Shown here one piece after another: positions 46,535 through 57,553 of a stretch of DNA of 64,000 bases (its first letter is position 1; the number at the start of each line of letters is the position of its first letter). The position numbers and the translations under genes are program-made. Source of the DNA: an uncultured Lachnospiraceae bacterium. GTDB taxonomy: Bacteria > Bacillota > Clostridia > Christensenellales > UBA1242. A model generated the notes under the pieces. The model searched no databases. It had not been told where the DNA came from and saw only the letters and a list, made by a program, of their open reading frames with translations. The stretch is from contig CAYMVO010000001.1 of NCBI GenBank assembly GCA_964393975.1, positions 74,537 through 138,536 on the forward strand. Reading direction: 5' to 3'.

Positions 46535-47077
46535 TTAATTTCCTACAAACACTTCAACATTTTGTGCGTTAACCTCTAACACCGCTTGGACAGCCTTTAG
46601 AAGTTCCAATCTCACTTGTACATTATTAGCACCTTGTGCGACCACAATCACCCCTTTTATCTTGGGTAACTTTTCTACCAAAACAATCGGTTCATTCCCA
46701 ACAATAGTTGGTTTTTCAACAATAGTAGTAGAACTGTTAGAATTACTTGTTCCACTACTGGAATTTGTTTTCTCTTCTGTAGATGTAGCAATAACTATTT
46801 CTGAGCCACTTTCCACGGTTACTAAAACATTGACTTTACCCGCCCCCTTCACGTTAGATAATACGTTGCTAAGTCGTTTTTCAAGACTTTGAACATACTC
46901 ATCGGTACTTAAAGACACTTCTTCCTTGTCATCCTTAAACAAACTACTAGCAGATGTGTAAATAAATATTGCCACAATAATTAGCCCAACGACAATTAAC
47001 CATTCTGTTTTTTTACCCTTTTTTAATTCTTCAAAAAACTTCGTCATCCTTAATTTTAAAGGCTTCGTTTCACTCAT
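46535..47077 (-). CDS. spoIIIAG: Stage III sporulation protein AG
   Basis: Single TM, then EKRLSNVLSNVKGAGKVNVLV...IKGVIVVAQGA. The ATG at 47077 overlaps the spoIIIAF stop (ATGAGTGA). Confidence 0.85.
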   Translation of the reverse strand: MSETKPLKLRMTKFFEELKKGKKTEWLIVVGLIIVAIFIYTSASSLFKDDKEEVSLSTDEYVQSLEKRLSNVLSNVKGAGKVNVLVTVESGSEIVIATSTEEKTNSSSGTSNSNSSTTIVEKPTIVGNEPIVLVEKLPKIKGVIVVAQGANNVQVRLELLKAVQAVLEVNAQNVEVFVGN

Positions 47078-47555
47078 AAAACACCACATCCTCCCTAGAA
47101 ATATTAATATAAGCACTGACAATATCCACTAGAGTTTGATACTTATCTATATGCGAAGCACTTTCATCTATGACTAAATTTTCCAAATAAATATTGACCT
47201 TTTGGATATTAAAATCTAATTCGCTTATATCTGACATAATTTGAACATTTACTCCTTTAATCCCCATTTTTTCAGCTGTCTCGATTATACTTTTAACTAA
47301 TCTATCCATCCGCATATTATTTATATTACTTATGTACTCCTCATTGATTGTTATATTTGGATTTTCTAAGAAATCACTAAAACTTTTTGATTCTTTTATT
47401 TTTGCAAGAGGAGATATAATTATTAATATTATAATAAAGGCAAAAATCGCTTTAACATACTTGTTAGTTTTACCATCAGGGAGTAACACATCTACTAAAA
47501 CGCTTAAAAACACCACCCCTAGCACACTTAAAAGCCAACTATAAAACGAACTCAT
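47070..47555 (-). CDS. spoIIIAF: Stage III sporulation protein AF
   Basis: Two N-terminal TMs and a C-terminal alpha/beta domain. Position in the operon. The ATG at 47555 follows an AGGAGG RBS. Confidence 0.8.
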   Translation of the reverse strand: MSSFYSWLLSVLGVVFLSVLVDVLLPDGKTNKYVKAIFAFIIILIIISPLAKIKESKSFSDFLENPNITINEEYISNINNMRMDRLVKSIIETAEKMGIKGVNVQIMSDISELDFNIQKVNIYLENLVIDESASHIDKYQTLVDIVSAYINISREDVVFYE

Positions 47556-47564
47556 CCCCACCTC

Positions 47565-48743
47565 CTAAAACACATTACAAGTCACCATTACTAATCCCAC
47601 TGTCAAAAAGTACATAAACGCCACCCCTAAAATACAAGCGACCAACATTGTCAACGCCTTACTCACACTAAAAAGGAATGAAGATATACGACTATCTGCT
47701 ATGGGCTCTAAAATCGCAGAGATAAGTTTAAAGCCAAAAATAAGTACGGCTATCTTTATAATAGGTGCGAGTATAGTTATTATCATAAAAAACAAACCAG
47801 TCGCCCCAACTGCGTTTTTGATAAGCATACTACTACCAAGTATCAAATCAAACCCGTCGGATAAATACCCACCCATTATAGGAACATAACTTTTTACAGT
47901 GTATTTAGCCATCCTTATACTTACACCATCAAAAGTGCTCGCGACTATCCCCTGAATAGTTAAAAACGCAAAGAACACGGTAAACACTATGCCAATAATC
48001 CATTTGAAAGCACTAGAAAAGAAAGATGTAAATTTATCTAGTTTTATAGTACTACTAATATTTTGAACTGCTGTAAACACAAATGTCAAACTAAATAATG
48101 GAACTATAATACTATTAAACACTTGAACAATACCATTACTAAGGAGGACTATCGCAGGCTGAAAAACTGACACGCTAACCGTCCCACCTAAAGCAGTCAT
48201 TAAAGTTAGAAGTATGGGAAATATGACTTCCATTTGTGTCTTCATACTAGATAATACTTCAGTAGTTAGTCCTATTACTTGTATCACACAGTTAGATACT
48301 ACTACAATAACCACACCAAAACACACAAAATGAACTACATCACTGACAGATTTTGAACCAAAACTTGACTTGAGCCCAGATATAAAGCTACTTAATATCA
48401 CAATAGCTACAATTGTGCATAGGATTGGTACAAACGATAAAATATCCTCTAATAACACACTTAAAAAAGCAGAAATGATATCATTGTATCCGTCTTTAAA
48501 ATCGCCACTCAAAACAGATTTTAGTTTGTCCAAAAATGAACTAGAACCAAATAAACCACTTTCACTAGAATTGAAATTCTTTAAAATTTTGTCTAACTTT
48601 GAAAAATCAAAATCACTTATCTGTTCATTTAACACCTCGTTAAAATCTTCACTTACAGAAGATTCAATAGCAAAGACATTAAAATTTTGAATAGGCACAA
48701 ACAACACAAACACCAAAAGTAAAATAAATATTATTTTTTTCAT
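47565..48743 (-). CDS. spoIIIAE: Stage III sporulation protein AE
   Basis: 392-aa polytopic protein with a signal peptide. Repeated TM pattern typical of SpoIIIAE. Its start overlaps the spoIIIAD stop. Confidence 0.88.
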   Translation of the reverse strand: MKKIIFILLLVFVLFVPIQNFNVFAIESSVSEDFNEVLNEQISDFDFSKLDKILKNFNSSESGLFGSSSFLDKLKSVLSGDFKDGYNDIISAFLSVLLEDILSFVPILCTIVAIVILSSFISGLKSSFGSKSVSDVVHFVCFGVVIVVVSNCVIQVIGLTTEVLSSMKTQMEVIFPILLTLMTALGGTVSVSVFQPAIVLLSNGIVQVFNSIIVPLFSLTFVFTAVQNISSTIKLDKFTSFFSSAFKWIIGIVFTVFFAFLTIQGIVASTFDGVSIRMAKYTVKSYVPIMGGYLSDGFDLILGSSMLIKNAVGATGLFFMIITILAPIIKIAVLIFGFKLISAILEPIADSRISSFLFSVSKALTMLVACILGVAFMYFLTVGLVMVTCNVF

Positions 48744-49129
48744 ACCATTAAACCATAAACTATTTCCAGTAGATTATTTATAATAGGTAGAGCCATTATC
48801 ATAATAACGACTTTACCCGCAAGCATTATTTTATCAGCAATACTATTCACTCCAGCATCCTGACATAAATTTGCACTAAATTCAGTTAAATACCCTACCC
48901 CAATAATCTTTAAAACAACCAAAAACAAGTCTTTGTCTATACCAGTTTTACTAGCCATTGTGTCAAAAATAGTTAACACTCCACCTATCATATTCACGAT
49001 ATAAATCACGATAATTATAGAACCACATAGCCCAACAAAAACAGCGAGTTCTGGTTTTAATTGTTTTATTATCAGAACAGCAATAGTTGTGATTATTGCT
49101 ACCCCAATAATTTTCACTAAGATTTCCAT
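48740..49129 (-). CDS. spoIIIAD: Stage III sporulation protein AD
   Basis: 4-TM protein of about 129 aa with GVGYLTEFSANLCQDAG, characteristic of SpoIIIAD. Confidence 0.88.
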   Translation of the reverse strand: MEILVKIIGVAIITTIAVLIIKQLKPELAVFVGLCGSIIIVIYIVNMIGGVLTIFDTMASKTGIDKDLFLVVLKIIGVGYLTEFSANLCQDAGVNSIADKIMLAGKVVIMIMALPIINNLLEIVYGLMV

Positions 49130-49135
49130 ACACAC

Positions 49136-49333
49136 CTAATATAGATTAAATAAGGTTTTTACACTACCAAACAACTCGCTCACCAAATCTAATACCATTA
49201 ATAATACTATAGCAACACCTGTTAATGTAGTAAACGTTGTGAATTCTTCTTTCCCTGTATACTTCAATACTTGATTAACAACCGCAATTAAAATGCCAAT
49301 TCCCGCTATTTTCAAAATCAATTCTATCCCCAT
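49136..49333 (-). CDS. spoIIIAC: Stage III sporulation protein AC
   Basis: 65-aa 2-TM protein (ILKIAGIGILIAVVNQVLK). Position in the operon. AAGGAGG RBS. Confidence 0.85.
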   Translation of the reverse strand: MGIELILKIAGIGILIAVVNQVLKYTGKEEFTTFTTLTGVAIVLLMVLDLVSELFGSVKTLFNLY

Positions 49334-49352
49334 TACAACCTCCTTAATTTAC

Positions 49353-49844
49353 CTACACAATAATCAAAACAATCATTAGACCACAAACAATAGATAATTT
49401 CACACTCATAGGTCCAAATTTTTTTTGTTTTTCCAAAGCGCTATCATAAAACGATTTCACCTCACTTAAAGCACTAGAAATATTAGAACACTCCCCAGCA
49501 CTATGAAAACGTCCTATTGATGTAAATAACCTTATAAGCGTAACTTTTTCTTCAACTTTTAAAAAATTTAAATCAAAATCAAAAGTAGCACCGTCACCAA
49601 GGCAACCAAGATACTTTTCAAATGAACTTAAAAAATCTATAAAATTTACATCAAGTGATTGTTTTTTATATTCAACCACTATTTGCCGTAATTTAGATTT
49701 TTGAAACTGAACTTGTATTTTTAAATACTCTAAAAACTTATTAAGTTCATTAAAAAAGTTCTTTCTTTTAACATAGTGATTATTAATAGATACCCCAACA
49801 AATAGAGCCCCCATAGTCACTATAACTAAAAATATAGTCTTCAA
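49353..49844 (-). CDS. spoIIIAB: Stage III sporulation protein AB
   Basis: 163 aa with an N- and a C-terminal TM and a central helical domain. Follows spoIIIAA. TTG start after AAGGAG. Confidence 0.8.
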   Translation of the reverse strand: MKTIFLVIVTMGALFVGVSINNHYVKRKNFFNELNKFLEYLKIQVQFQKSKLRQIVVEYKKQSLDVNFIDFLSSFEKYLGCLGDGATFDFDLNFLKVEEKVTLIRLFTSIGRFHSAGECSNISSALSEVKSFYDSALEKQKKFGPMSVKLSIVCGLMIVLIIV

Positions 49845-49849
49845 TATTT

Positions 49850-50773
49850 TTACTCCTTAAATAATAGATTAAAATTAGCATCGTACACACCTTCAATGGT
49901 TCCTAAACCATTACGATTTGATAGCACAATATATCTATCAAACATTTTTTCCTTTATTACCCTTTCAAAATTTGGTTTTTTCCTTAATGATGTTATATTT
50001 TCACTATGTGCTGTCGCAACAACGCTAACACCACAAGCAGTTGCATACTCTATAGAGGATATATCAGATTCAGTGGCTAGTTCGTCAGTAAATATAATAT
50101 TTGGATTCATAGACCTTATCCCTACTTCAAAACCGTATTTTTTCTTTACACCACTCATCACATCAACAAAATTACCTAAATTAAACTGACATTTCCCCTC
50201 AGTCATACCAGCAATCTCGTATCGCTCATCCAAAACTAAACAATTTAAAGCATAATCATTCTCATAAATTTGATAGATTAAATCTCTTAAAAAAGTTGTC
50301 TTACCAACTCCAGGTGGCGATATAATAAGTGTATTTAAAAATGTATCGTCTAACAAAAATGGAAAAGTCCTTTTGCTACAATCTTTTACAAAGTGTGGAA
50401 TACGTATATTTAGAGAACATATATTACGAATAGTTGTGACCTTTTCTAAAATCTCATCATAAGCGACCTCACCCACTATACCCACTCTATAGCCACCTTT
50501 AACGGTGATAAACCCTTCTCTTAGTTGATCATTTATAGAATAAACTGAAGCCTCTGTTAAGGTATAGACAATATTTTTAATATCTTCCTCATTCAATATT
50601 ATAGCATCACTTACTTTACTAGTAATACCATACTCAGCTAGATAATACATTTTACCTTTCACATTTACAATAATAGGTTTATCCACTCTAAGCCTTATTT
50701 CATTTACCGAATCTAATAACAATTTTGTCTTAAACACTTCTTTTATTTTTTTAGGTAAAATTGTTAGCAACAT
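49850..50773 (-). CDS. spoIIIAA: Stage III sporulation protein AA (AAA+ ATPase)
   Basis: Walker A SPPGVGKTTFLRD, Walker B VLDERYEI. First gene of the 8-gene operon. The ATG at 50773 follows AAGGAG. Confidence 0.9.
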   Translation of the reverse strand: MLLTILPKKIKEVFKTKLLLDSVNEIRLRVDKPIIVNVKGKMYYLAEYGITSKVSDAIILNEEDIKNIVYTLTEASVYSINDQLREGFITVKGGYRVGIVGEVAYDEILEKVTTIRNICSLNIRIPHFVKDCSKRTFPFLLDDTFLNTLIISPPGVGKTTFLRDLIYQIYENDYALNCLVLDERYEIAGMTEGKCQFNLGNFVDVMSGVKKKYGFEVGIRSMNPNIIFTDELATESDISSIEYATACGVSVVATAHSENITSLRKKPNFERVIKEKMFDRYIVLSNRNGLGTIEGVYDANFNLLFKE

Positions 50774-50885
50774 ACAAACTCCTTTTTTCACTACAATATT
50801 AAAATGAAAAAATGATTATACTAAAGCGCAAAAAAAAAGCACGATTAACCATAATAATCGTACTTTTAAGACAAATTTATCAAAT

Positions 50886-51443
50886 TTACACGCGCTCCAT
50901 ATATGAACCATCTCTAGTGTCAATTCTAACCTTGTCACCTTGATTCACAAACAAAGGGACTTGCACTACATAACCAGTCTCAAGCTTTGCTTGCTTCATA
51001 GCAGTCTTAGACGTATCACCAGCAACAGCAGGCTCACAATCAACAATTTCTAGTTCGACAAAATTTGGTGGCTCAACAGAAAACGCTTTACCCTTATAAA
51101 ATTGAATAAGTGCTACCATATTCTCGGTAATAAAGTTTAAAGCATCTTCACATTCTTCTTTATTCAAACAAATTTGTTCAAACGTCTCAGTATCCATAAA
51201 ATAATATAAATCATTTTCATTATATAGATATTGCATATCTTTTCTCTCAATACGAGCAATAGGATACTTATCAGAAGGGTTAAACGTACGCTCCAAAGTC
51301 TGACCAGTAACAATATTTTTTAGTTTAGTCCTAACAAAAGCGGCACCCTTACCAGGTTTTACATGTTGAAATTCTACGACAGTATAAACTGTACCATCCA
51401 TATCAAACGTCACACCTTTTCTAAAATCTCCAGCTACAATCAT
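50886..51443 (-). CDS. efp: Elongation factor P
   Basis: [43 protein letters not shown]. The ATG at 51443 follows GGAGG; the track N-terminal extension is rejected. Confidence 0.95.
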   Translation of the reverse strand: MIVAGDFRKGVTFDMDGTVYTVVEFQHVKPGKGAAFVRTKLKNIVTGQTLERTFNPSDKYPIARIERKDMQYLYNENDLYYFMDTETFEQICLNKEECEDALNFITENMVALIQFYKGKAFSVEPPNFVELEIVDCEPAVAGDTSKTAMKQAKLETGYVVQVPLFVNQGDKVRIDTRDGSYMERV

Positions 51444-51552
51444 ATTATCCTCCAAAAAATTTATCATCCACTCACATAAAAGCGGAAAGTCTCCAATCTG
51501 TAACAACATCAAATTGCCACTTAGATTATAACTTATTATAACATATATTTTA

Positions 51553-52407
51553 CTATTTTAAAAGCACTTTTTGAAATATTTGTTTCATTTTTAGCGCATC
51601 TTGCGCCATTACTGAATTTGACTCACAAATAATTACGGGTTCCAAACTTTTTTCCACTAAAACCTCCGCTAAAGGCTCAAATTCAGGTCCGTACTTTGTA
51701 TCTTCAAAAGTTAGATGCTTTACCTCACCCTTATCTGAATACATAATCTTACTGAAATGTATATGTATCTTTTTTGTTCGCTCTATTCCAAGTTTTTCAA
51801 TACATAAATCAATTATTTTTTGATAATCATCCTTTGTTTTTAGAGTTCCACCGCCATAAGCGTTGATATGTCCAAAATCAAAAGTTGGCAAGAAAATATC
51901 ATCTATCGTACAAAAATCAATAACTTCTTCATAGGTACCCACCTGAGAATGTTTTCCCATAGTCTCAAGGCAAATGTAACAATCATCAAAACCACTTTGT
52001 TTGACTAATTCCGCTAAAATCTTTAATCTTTGCTTTGTTAGTGATACTGCATCTGCTCTATCCATTTTACCTAACGAGCCAGGATGCACAACTACTCTAT
52101 TACCACCCAAATTTTTAACTAAGTTTAATGAATTAATCACATATAAATACGATTTTTCCACCATATCTTCATTAGGATTAGCAAAATTTATATAGTATGG
52201 AGCGTGAACACTCATTTCAATGTCGTATTTTTTTGCTTGTTCAGCTATTATGCGTGCTTTTTCAATACCCATATTCACACCTCTACCGCAACTATATTCA
52301 AACGCATCTAAGCCAAATTCGCGTACCCATTTTGGTGCGTCCTCAGTCCTTGAAAATCCTGCCTCGTGGAATAAAATATCATTACCTGCTGGTCCAAACC
52401 TAATCAT
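51553..52407 (-). CDS. Endonuclease IV-family TIM-barrel protein (xylose isomerase-like fold)
   Basis: Metal-ligand pattern in the order typical of the Nfo family: [39 protein letters not shown]. Confidence 0.65.
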   Translation of the reverse strand: MIRFGPAGNDILFHEAGFSRTEDAPKWVREFGLDAFEYSCGRGVNMGIEKARIIAEQAKKYDIEMSVHAPYYINFANPNEDMVEKSYLYVINSLNLVKNLGGNRVVVHPGSLGKMDRADAVSLTKQRLKILAELVKQSGFDDCYICLETMGKHSQVGTYEEVIDFCTIDDIFLPTFDFGHINAYGGGTLKTKDDYQKIIDLCIEKLGIERTKKIHIHFSKIMYSDKGEVKHLTFEDTKYGPEFEPLAEVLVEKSLEPVIICESNSVMAQDALKMKQIFQKVLLK

Positions 52408-53260
52408 TTAAATACACCTCCATACTTAAAACACCATCACTCACTCTACCTATAGCAAGCAAATTTTGTTCGCTATCCAAAATCTTATACAATCCTTCCG
52501 CGTTATCCACCTTTAATTTTATACCGTTGCAAAACTTTTTGCTATTCACTTTATCGAGCAAAATGATTGGCAAATCTATAACATCAATTAATGGAATAAC
52601 CACTTTTGTTAAGTCAGTCAACTCATCAATCTCTTTGAGGCTGATAGCGTCAAAAATCTCAAACATCCCCGCCTTTGTCCTTATGAGTAAAGGCATATAG
52701 GCAACGGTATTTAAAGTCCTCGCCAAATCACGACAAAGGCTACGAATATATGTCCCACTACTGCACTCTATCTCAAATAAAAAATCGCTAGCATTGAATT
52801 GTTTTATCAGTTCAAATCTATAAACAACAACATCTTTAATTTTAGTCTCAAACTCAACATTGTTTCTAGCGAGTTCGTATGCCCTTTTACCATTTATTTT
52901 ATTTGCACTATAAAGCGGTGGCGTTTGTTTAATTTCACCGACAAAATCAACCAAAGCATTTTGTACTTCATCTATTTTTGGTAAATAATTGTCTTGATTT
53001 TTGAGTTCGCCTTCACTATCCAAGGTATCGGTCTCAGCACCAAACCTAAATATCGCTCTATAAACTTTAATCTTATCTTGAAAAAAATTAAATAATTTTG
53101 TCGCCTTCCCCACAGCAATTGGCAAAACGCCTGTTGCTTTCGGATCAAGAGTGCCATAGTGTCCTATCTTATATTGTTTGTTGAGTTTGTATTTTATACG
53201 ACTTACGACTTGTTGCGAACTAATATTATCTGGTTTATTAACTATTATAATGCCATTCAT
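52400..53260 (-). CDS. truB: tRNA pseudouridine(55) synthase TruB
   Basis: GIIIVNKP...GHYGTLDPKATGVLPIAVGKATK catalytic Asp motif. Position after nrnA/rbfA. Confidence 0.92.
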   Translation of the reverse strand: MNGIIIVNKPDNISSQQVVSRIKYKLNKQYKIGHYGTLDPKATGVLPIAVGKATKLFNFFQDKIKVYRAIFRFGAETDTLDSEGELKNQDNYLPKIDEVQNALVDFVGEIKQTPPLYSANKINGKRAYELARNNVEFETKIKDVVVYRFELIKQFNASDFLFEIECSSGTYIRSLCRDLARTLNTVAYMPLLIRTKAGMFEIFDAISLKEIDELTDLTKVVIPLIDVIDLPIILLDKVNSKKFCNGIKLKVDNAEGLYKILDSEQNLLAIGRVSDGVLSMEVYLND

Positions 53261-54189
53261 AAAGACTTTACTACCTGTTTAAATTTCTTAATAGCCTTAT
53301 CCGAACGACCAAAAATTCTACAACCAGAGGCTTTTTTATGCCCACCACCACCAAACGCACTCGCTATTTTACAAGCATCCACAACCCCTTTTGAACGTAT
53401 AGAAACCTGAAATTTGTTCGGTTCGTATTCACAAAGGCAAACGGCAACTTCTACCTTATCAATATTTACGGCAAAGTTTACAAATCCAAAAACATCAAGA
53501 CTTGAAGTGTTGGTTTGCTCAAAATCTTTTAGCGTTATAACCATACTCGCAAAATCACCTTCCACACATAAAGAACCTAGTGCCAACTGCAATAATTTCA
53601 CTTGATTAAACGACCTTTTCCTAAGCAAGTTATACAAAATATTATCAAAATCGATATCATAACCGATTAGCTCCGCAACAATATTGAAAACTTTAGGACT
53701 CAATTCACCATAACTAAGACCACCCGTATCACCAATAATGCCTGCATATATCGCAGTGGCGATATTTTTATCTATTTTCACCTCAAAATCATTAAACATC
53801 TCAAATATATTTATTGTATTACTAACCTCAGACGTCACATAGTTAATCTTAGCAAAATTTGTGTTTGTAGAGTGGTGATCAATATTTATAGTGTTGTTGT
53901 GTTCCCTAAAAACTCTAGAAAATTTACCAATTCGCAAGACATCCGCACAATCTACAGCGACCAACAAATCATAATCACCATTTAATTCCTTTTTAAACTC
54001 TCCGCCTATAACGCTAAAATTACTATGAATATCATCATCACAAAAAAAGTCTACGCTTTTATTTATGTTTTGCAAATACCCACCCAAAGCAACAGCACTT
54101 CCTATACAATCCGCGTCGGGATTTATATGCACAAAAATTGCTATTTTATTAGCCTTATTTAACGCTTCATAAATTTGTGTAAACTTCAT
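53257..54189 (-). CDS. nrnA: DHH-family oligoribonuclease/pAp phosphatase NrnA
   Basis: DHH motifs HINPDADCIGS, AVDCA and NIDHHSTN, plus DHHA1 GGGGHKKASG. Confidence 0.88.
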   Translation of the reverse strand: MKFTQIYEALNKANKIAIFVHINPDADCIGSAVALGGYLQNINKSVDFFCDDDIHSNFSVIGGEFKKELNGDYDLLVAVDCADVLRIGKFSRVFREHNNTINIDHHSTNTNFAKINYVTSEVSNTINIFEMFNDFEVKIDKNIATAIYAGIIGDTGGLSYGELSPKVFNIVAELIGYDIDFDNILYNLLRKRSFNQVKLLQLALGSLCVEGDFASMVITLKDFEQTNTSSLDVFGFVNFAVNIDKVEVAVCLCEYEPNKFQVSIRSKGVVDACKIASAFGGGGHKKASGCRIFGRSDKAIKKFKQVVKSL

Positions 54190-54195
54190 AATATA

Positions 54196-54549
54196 TTAAT
54201 CCTCATCAGTTTTAATTTGAGACAATAAATCTTCTATCTCTTGTGTGTATTCAGTTGACTTATCTAGTTTGAAATTAATTATAGGTGTATTTCTTAATTG
54301 CACCCTTGAGGCTACTTGTTTACGAACAAAGCCCTCACAATCTTTTAATGCTTTAAAAGTAGTTTGCTTAACTTCATTTTCCGCTAAAATACTGATATAC
54401 ACATCAGATTTGTATAAATCATTATCCGTATCAACACTAATCACACTAACCATACCTTTCACCCTAGGATCTTTGATAGTATAATTTATAATATCGCTTA
54501 TCTCGTGTCTCAATTCAGCATTTATTCTCTCTAATCTTTGTTTTAACAT
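54196..54549 (-). CDS. rbfA: Ribosome-binding factor A
   Basis: RINAELRHEISDII...DPRVKGMVSVISVDTDNDLYKSDVYIS. 117 aa. Its start overlaps the infB stop (TAATG). Confidence 0.92.
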   Translation of the reverse strand: MLKQRLERINAELRHEISDIINYTIKDPRVKGMVSVISVDTDNDLYKSDVYISILAENEVKQTTFKALKDCEGFVRKQVASRVQLRNTPIINFKLDKSTEYTQEIEDLLSQIKTDED

Positions 54550-56990
54550 TAGTCAGCAATCTCCTCATCTTCAAACGCTTCTATAATATCGCCTTCCTTG
54601 TAAACGGCATCTTTGAGCTTGATACCACACTCAAACCCCTCTTTTACCTCTCTAACATCATCTTTGAAAATTTTAATGCTTTCAACTACGGTCTCAGAAA
54701 TCACTTCTCCATCTCTCACAATTGTAGCAATAGCATTTCTTTTGATTACGCCATTTTTAATATAACAACCAGCAACCAATCCAGCGCCTGTAATCTTATA
54801 CACCATACGAACCTCAGCAGTACCAAGAGCATTTCTCTTATACTTAGGTTTTTGCAAACCTTTAATTTTATGTGTTATATCATCCAAAGCCTCGTAGATA
54901 ATCTTGTAACTCTTAATTTCTACATCTGATTTTTCAGCTAATTTTTCCAACTTACCCTCAACTTTTACATTGAACGCGACAATCATAGCGCTTGATGCTT
55001 GAGCAAGAAGTACATCTGTCTCGGTCACCGCACCCACGCCACTATGGATACAATTTACACGTACTTCACTATTTGATAATTCAGTAATACTACTCTTGAG
55101 TGCTTCAACCGAACCTTGAACATCACCTTTAACTATAATATTTAAATTCTTTAAATCACCGCTAGACTTCATAAATTCCTCTAACGAAGCTCCACCACTG
55201 CTCTTAATTTTTTCTAGTTGCAATTTAGCTTTTCGCTCCTGAATAATTTGCTTACTAAACTTCTCATCTACAACTTGCACTGAATCACCCGCATTTGGAA
55301 CATCTTCCATACCTAGCACAGCAACAGCGGTAGAAGGTCCAGCGGAGACAACATTTTTGCCAGTGTCATCTATCATGGCGCGCACTCTACCTAGCGTTGT
55401 ACCGCAAACTAATGTATTACCAATCTTAAGTGTGCCGTTTTCAACCAAAACAGTAGCCACTGGTCCACGACCTCTATCTAGTCTGGCCTCAATAATTGTA
55501 CCCACTGCAGGTCTCTTAGGATTTGCCTTCAACTCCTCCATATCAGAAACTAGCAAAATCATTTCCAAAAGTTTATCGACACCTTCGCCAGTCTTTGCAC
55601 TTACAGGCACCATTACAACATCACCACCCCATTCTTCAGGGATAACGTCATATTCAGATAGTTGTTGTTTAATTCTCTCTATATTGAATGTTGGCTTATC
55701 CATTTTATTTACCGCAACAATCATAGGAACATTTGCTTGTTTAATATGGCTAATAGCTTCAACTGTTTGAGGCATCACGCCATCATCACCTGCAACGACC
55801 AAAACCGCCACATCTGTAACTTTAGCACCTCTTGCACGCATAGCAGTAAAAGCAGCGTGACCAGGTGTATCTATAAATGTTATCTTCCTACCATCTTTCT
55901 CAATAGAATAAGCGCCAATGTGTTGAGTAATTCCGCCAGCCTCAGTAGAAACGACTTTAGATTTTCTAATAAAATCTAGAAGAGAAGTCTTACCGTGGTC
56001 AACATGTCCCATTATCGTCACAATAGGAGGTCTAGGCTCGGCATCCGCATCATTAGCAGTATGCACATATTCGTTTAATTGCTCCTCATAGGACTTTTCT
56101 AGTTTTAATTCCAAATCTACACCCAACTCACTACTTACTAATGAAGCGGTATCATAGTCAATACTGCTATTTATTGTAGCCATATCACCTAAGATAAACA
56201 ATTGTTTTATAATTTGCACTGCTGGTTTACCTATTTTTTCAGATAAATCTTTCACCGAAATCATCTCTGTTGTCATTGTCGCTTTTGTAATAACGCTAAC
56301 TTGAGGGGTTATATTTTTTTCCTTTTTAGTCTTTAATTTTCTGCTATATACTTGATCACCGCTTTCATCATCAAAATTCTTTATTCTGATTTGTTTCTTT
56401 GGACCATCATTTTCGTTGTTAAAATTTCGCTTATCTTTAATCTTGTTAATCGTTCTATTGTTAGGCTTGTTTTCAATAATAAACACTGGTTCGCTTATCT
56501 TTGGAGCTTTGTCAAAAGGTTTATTTTGATATTGCTTGGTAGAGTTTTTATATTCTTTATTAAACTCATTATTTTCTTTATTGAAAGTATTATTTATTTT
56601 ATTATTCTTATTATCTTTATTAAAGTTGGACTTATTAAAATTATTGTTTGAGTTATTGTCAAATCTTTTCTCAAAACGCTTTTGACCTTGATTAAAATCT
56701 TTTGACCTATCATTTTGAAAACCTTTATCAGACTTTGACTTTTGAGTAAATTCTTTCTCTATATTTTGCTCTTTTACACCCTTTTCTATTTTTAGTTCGC
56801 TATCAACGGATTTAGATTCTGGTGATTTAACCATTCCAGCCTCTTTTTTCTTTTTAAAATCACGCAAAACATTATCAAGTTTTGACTTGATATTATGCAA
56901 TTCATCATTTAGCCTTAAAATCTTTTTGCCAGACCAAATATCACTAACTTCTTTCAAATTTTCCAATGCACTTTTATCTTGATTTGCCAT
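54549..56990 (-). CDS. infB: Translation initiation factor IF-2
   Basis: GTPase motifs GHVDHGKTSLLD, DTPGH and NKMD. The C-terminal domains are conserved. The N-terminal 300 aa or so are Asn/Lys-rich and low-complexity. Confidence 0.97.
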   Translation of the reverse strand: MANQDKSALENLKEVSDIWSGKKILRLNDELHNIKSKLDNVLRDFKKKKEAGMVKSPESKSVDSELKIEKGVKEQNIEKEFTQKSKSDKGFQNDRSKDFNQGQKRFEKRFDNNSNNNFNKSNFNKDNKNNKINNTFNKENNEFNKEYKNSTKQYQNKPFDKAPKISEPVFIIENKPNNRTINKIKDKRNFNNENDGPKKQIRIKNFDDESGDQVYSRKLKTKKEKNITPQVSVITKATMTTEMISVKDLSEKIGKPAVQIIKQLFILGDMATINSSIDYDTASLVSSELGVDLELKLEKSYEEQLNEYVHTANDADAEPRPPIVTIMGHVDHGKTSLLDFIRKSKVVSTEAGGITQHIGAYSIEKDGRKITFIDTPGHAAFTAMRARGAKVTDVAVLVVAGDDGVMPQTVEAISHIKQANVPMIVAVNKMDKPTFNIERIKQQLSEYDVIPEEWGGDVVMVPVSAKTGEGVDKLLEMILLVSDMEELKANPKRPAVGTIIEARLDRGRGPVATVLVENGTLKIGNTLVCGTTLGRVRAMIDDTGKNVVSAGPSTAVAVLGMEDVPNAGDSVQVVDEKFSKQIIQERKAKLQLEKIKSSGGASLEEFMKSSGDLKNLNIIVKGDVQGSVEALKSSITELSNSEVRVNCIHSGVGAVTETDVLLAQASSAMIVAFNVKVEGKLEKLAEKSDVEIKSYKIIYEALDDITHKIKGLQKPKYKRNALGTAEVRMVYKITGAGLVAGCYIKNGVIKRNAIATIVRDGEVISETVVESIKIFKDDVREVKEGFECGIKLKDAVYKEGDIIEAFEDEEIAD

Positions 56991-56994
56991 TTAC

Positions 56995-57315
56995 TCACCT
57001 CTCTAATATCTCAAACTCATCACTACAATTTTTTAAAATCGCATCACACAAACCTTTATTTTTAACGCCTAAAATTTTACAGTTATTAATACCTATAGCT
57101 TCACCTAAATCATTTGCATTTTTTAGTTTTATGATAGGTATATTGTAATCATTCGCCTTAAAAGAACTAACCTTCTCTATATTTTTACTTGGATTGCTTG
57201 GAATGATTATCAAGAACATTTTTTTTCGTGTCTCTTTTATTTTATCCGCACCAATAATCAAATAATCACCTTTTTTTAAAAGTCCCAAGTAACCTATTAG
57301 TTTATTACTTAACAA
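56995..57315 (-). CDS. ylxQ: L7Ae-family RNA-binding protein YlxQ
   Basis: NKLIGYLGLLKKGDYLIIGADKI...LGEAIG pattern. The best start is the TTG at 57315, 6 nt after GGAGG (overlapping the ylxR 3' end); the track start at 57357 is less likely. Confidence 0.7.
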   Translation of the reverse strand: MLSNKLIGYLGLLKKGDYLIIGADKIKETRKKMFLIIIPSNPSKNIEKVSSFKANDYNIPIIKLKNANDLGEAIGINNCKILGVKNKGLCDAILKNCSDEFEILER

Positions 57316-57553
57316 AACAATCCTCCAAATATTCATAAATTTCAGTAGGTACAGCACACCTAAAAGATTTGTTAAAGGCTCTAATTTTGACCGCCTTTTT
57401 TACACAGTCACAGTTTTTGCAAATGTACGCACCACGACCATCAATTTTACCGCTTTCATCTATTTTAAAGCCATCAGTCATTTTTACAACTCTAACTAAT
57501 TCATCTTTTGGTTTCATTTGCCTACAAGAAACACACATTCTTTTTCTAATCAC
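57305..57553 (-). CDS. ylxR: YlxR (DUF448) RNA-binding protein
   Basis: RMCVSCRQMKPKDELVRVV...DGRGAYIC motif. GTG start at 57553 after GGAGA. Between nusA and ylxQ. Confidence 0.85.
   Translation of the reverse strand: MIRKRMCVSCRQMKPKDELVRVVKMTDGFKIDESGKIDGRGAYICKNCDCVKKAVKIRAFNKSFRCAVPTEIYEYLEDCFVK

Noticed and set aside
51444-51512. N-terminal extensions in track ORFs (efp here; also thiI 9200-9280, rny 7932-7982, rarA 20430-20474, argR 42840-42899, rluB 33086-33133, nusB, spoIIIAA, recJ, galU)
   Set aside because: In each case an internal ATG preceded by a GGAGG-type RBS gives the canonical conserved N-terminus. The upstream extension lacks an RBS or starts at GTG/TTG inside the neighbouring gene or intergenic DNA.
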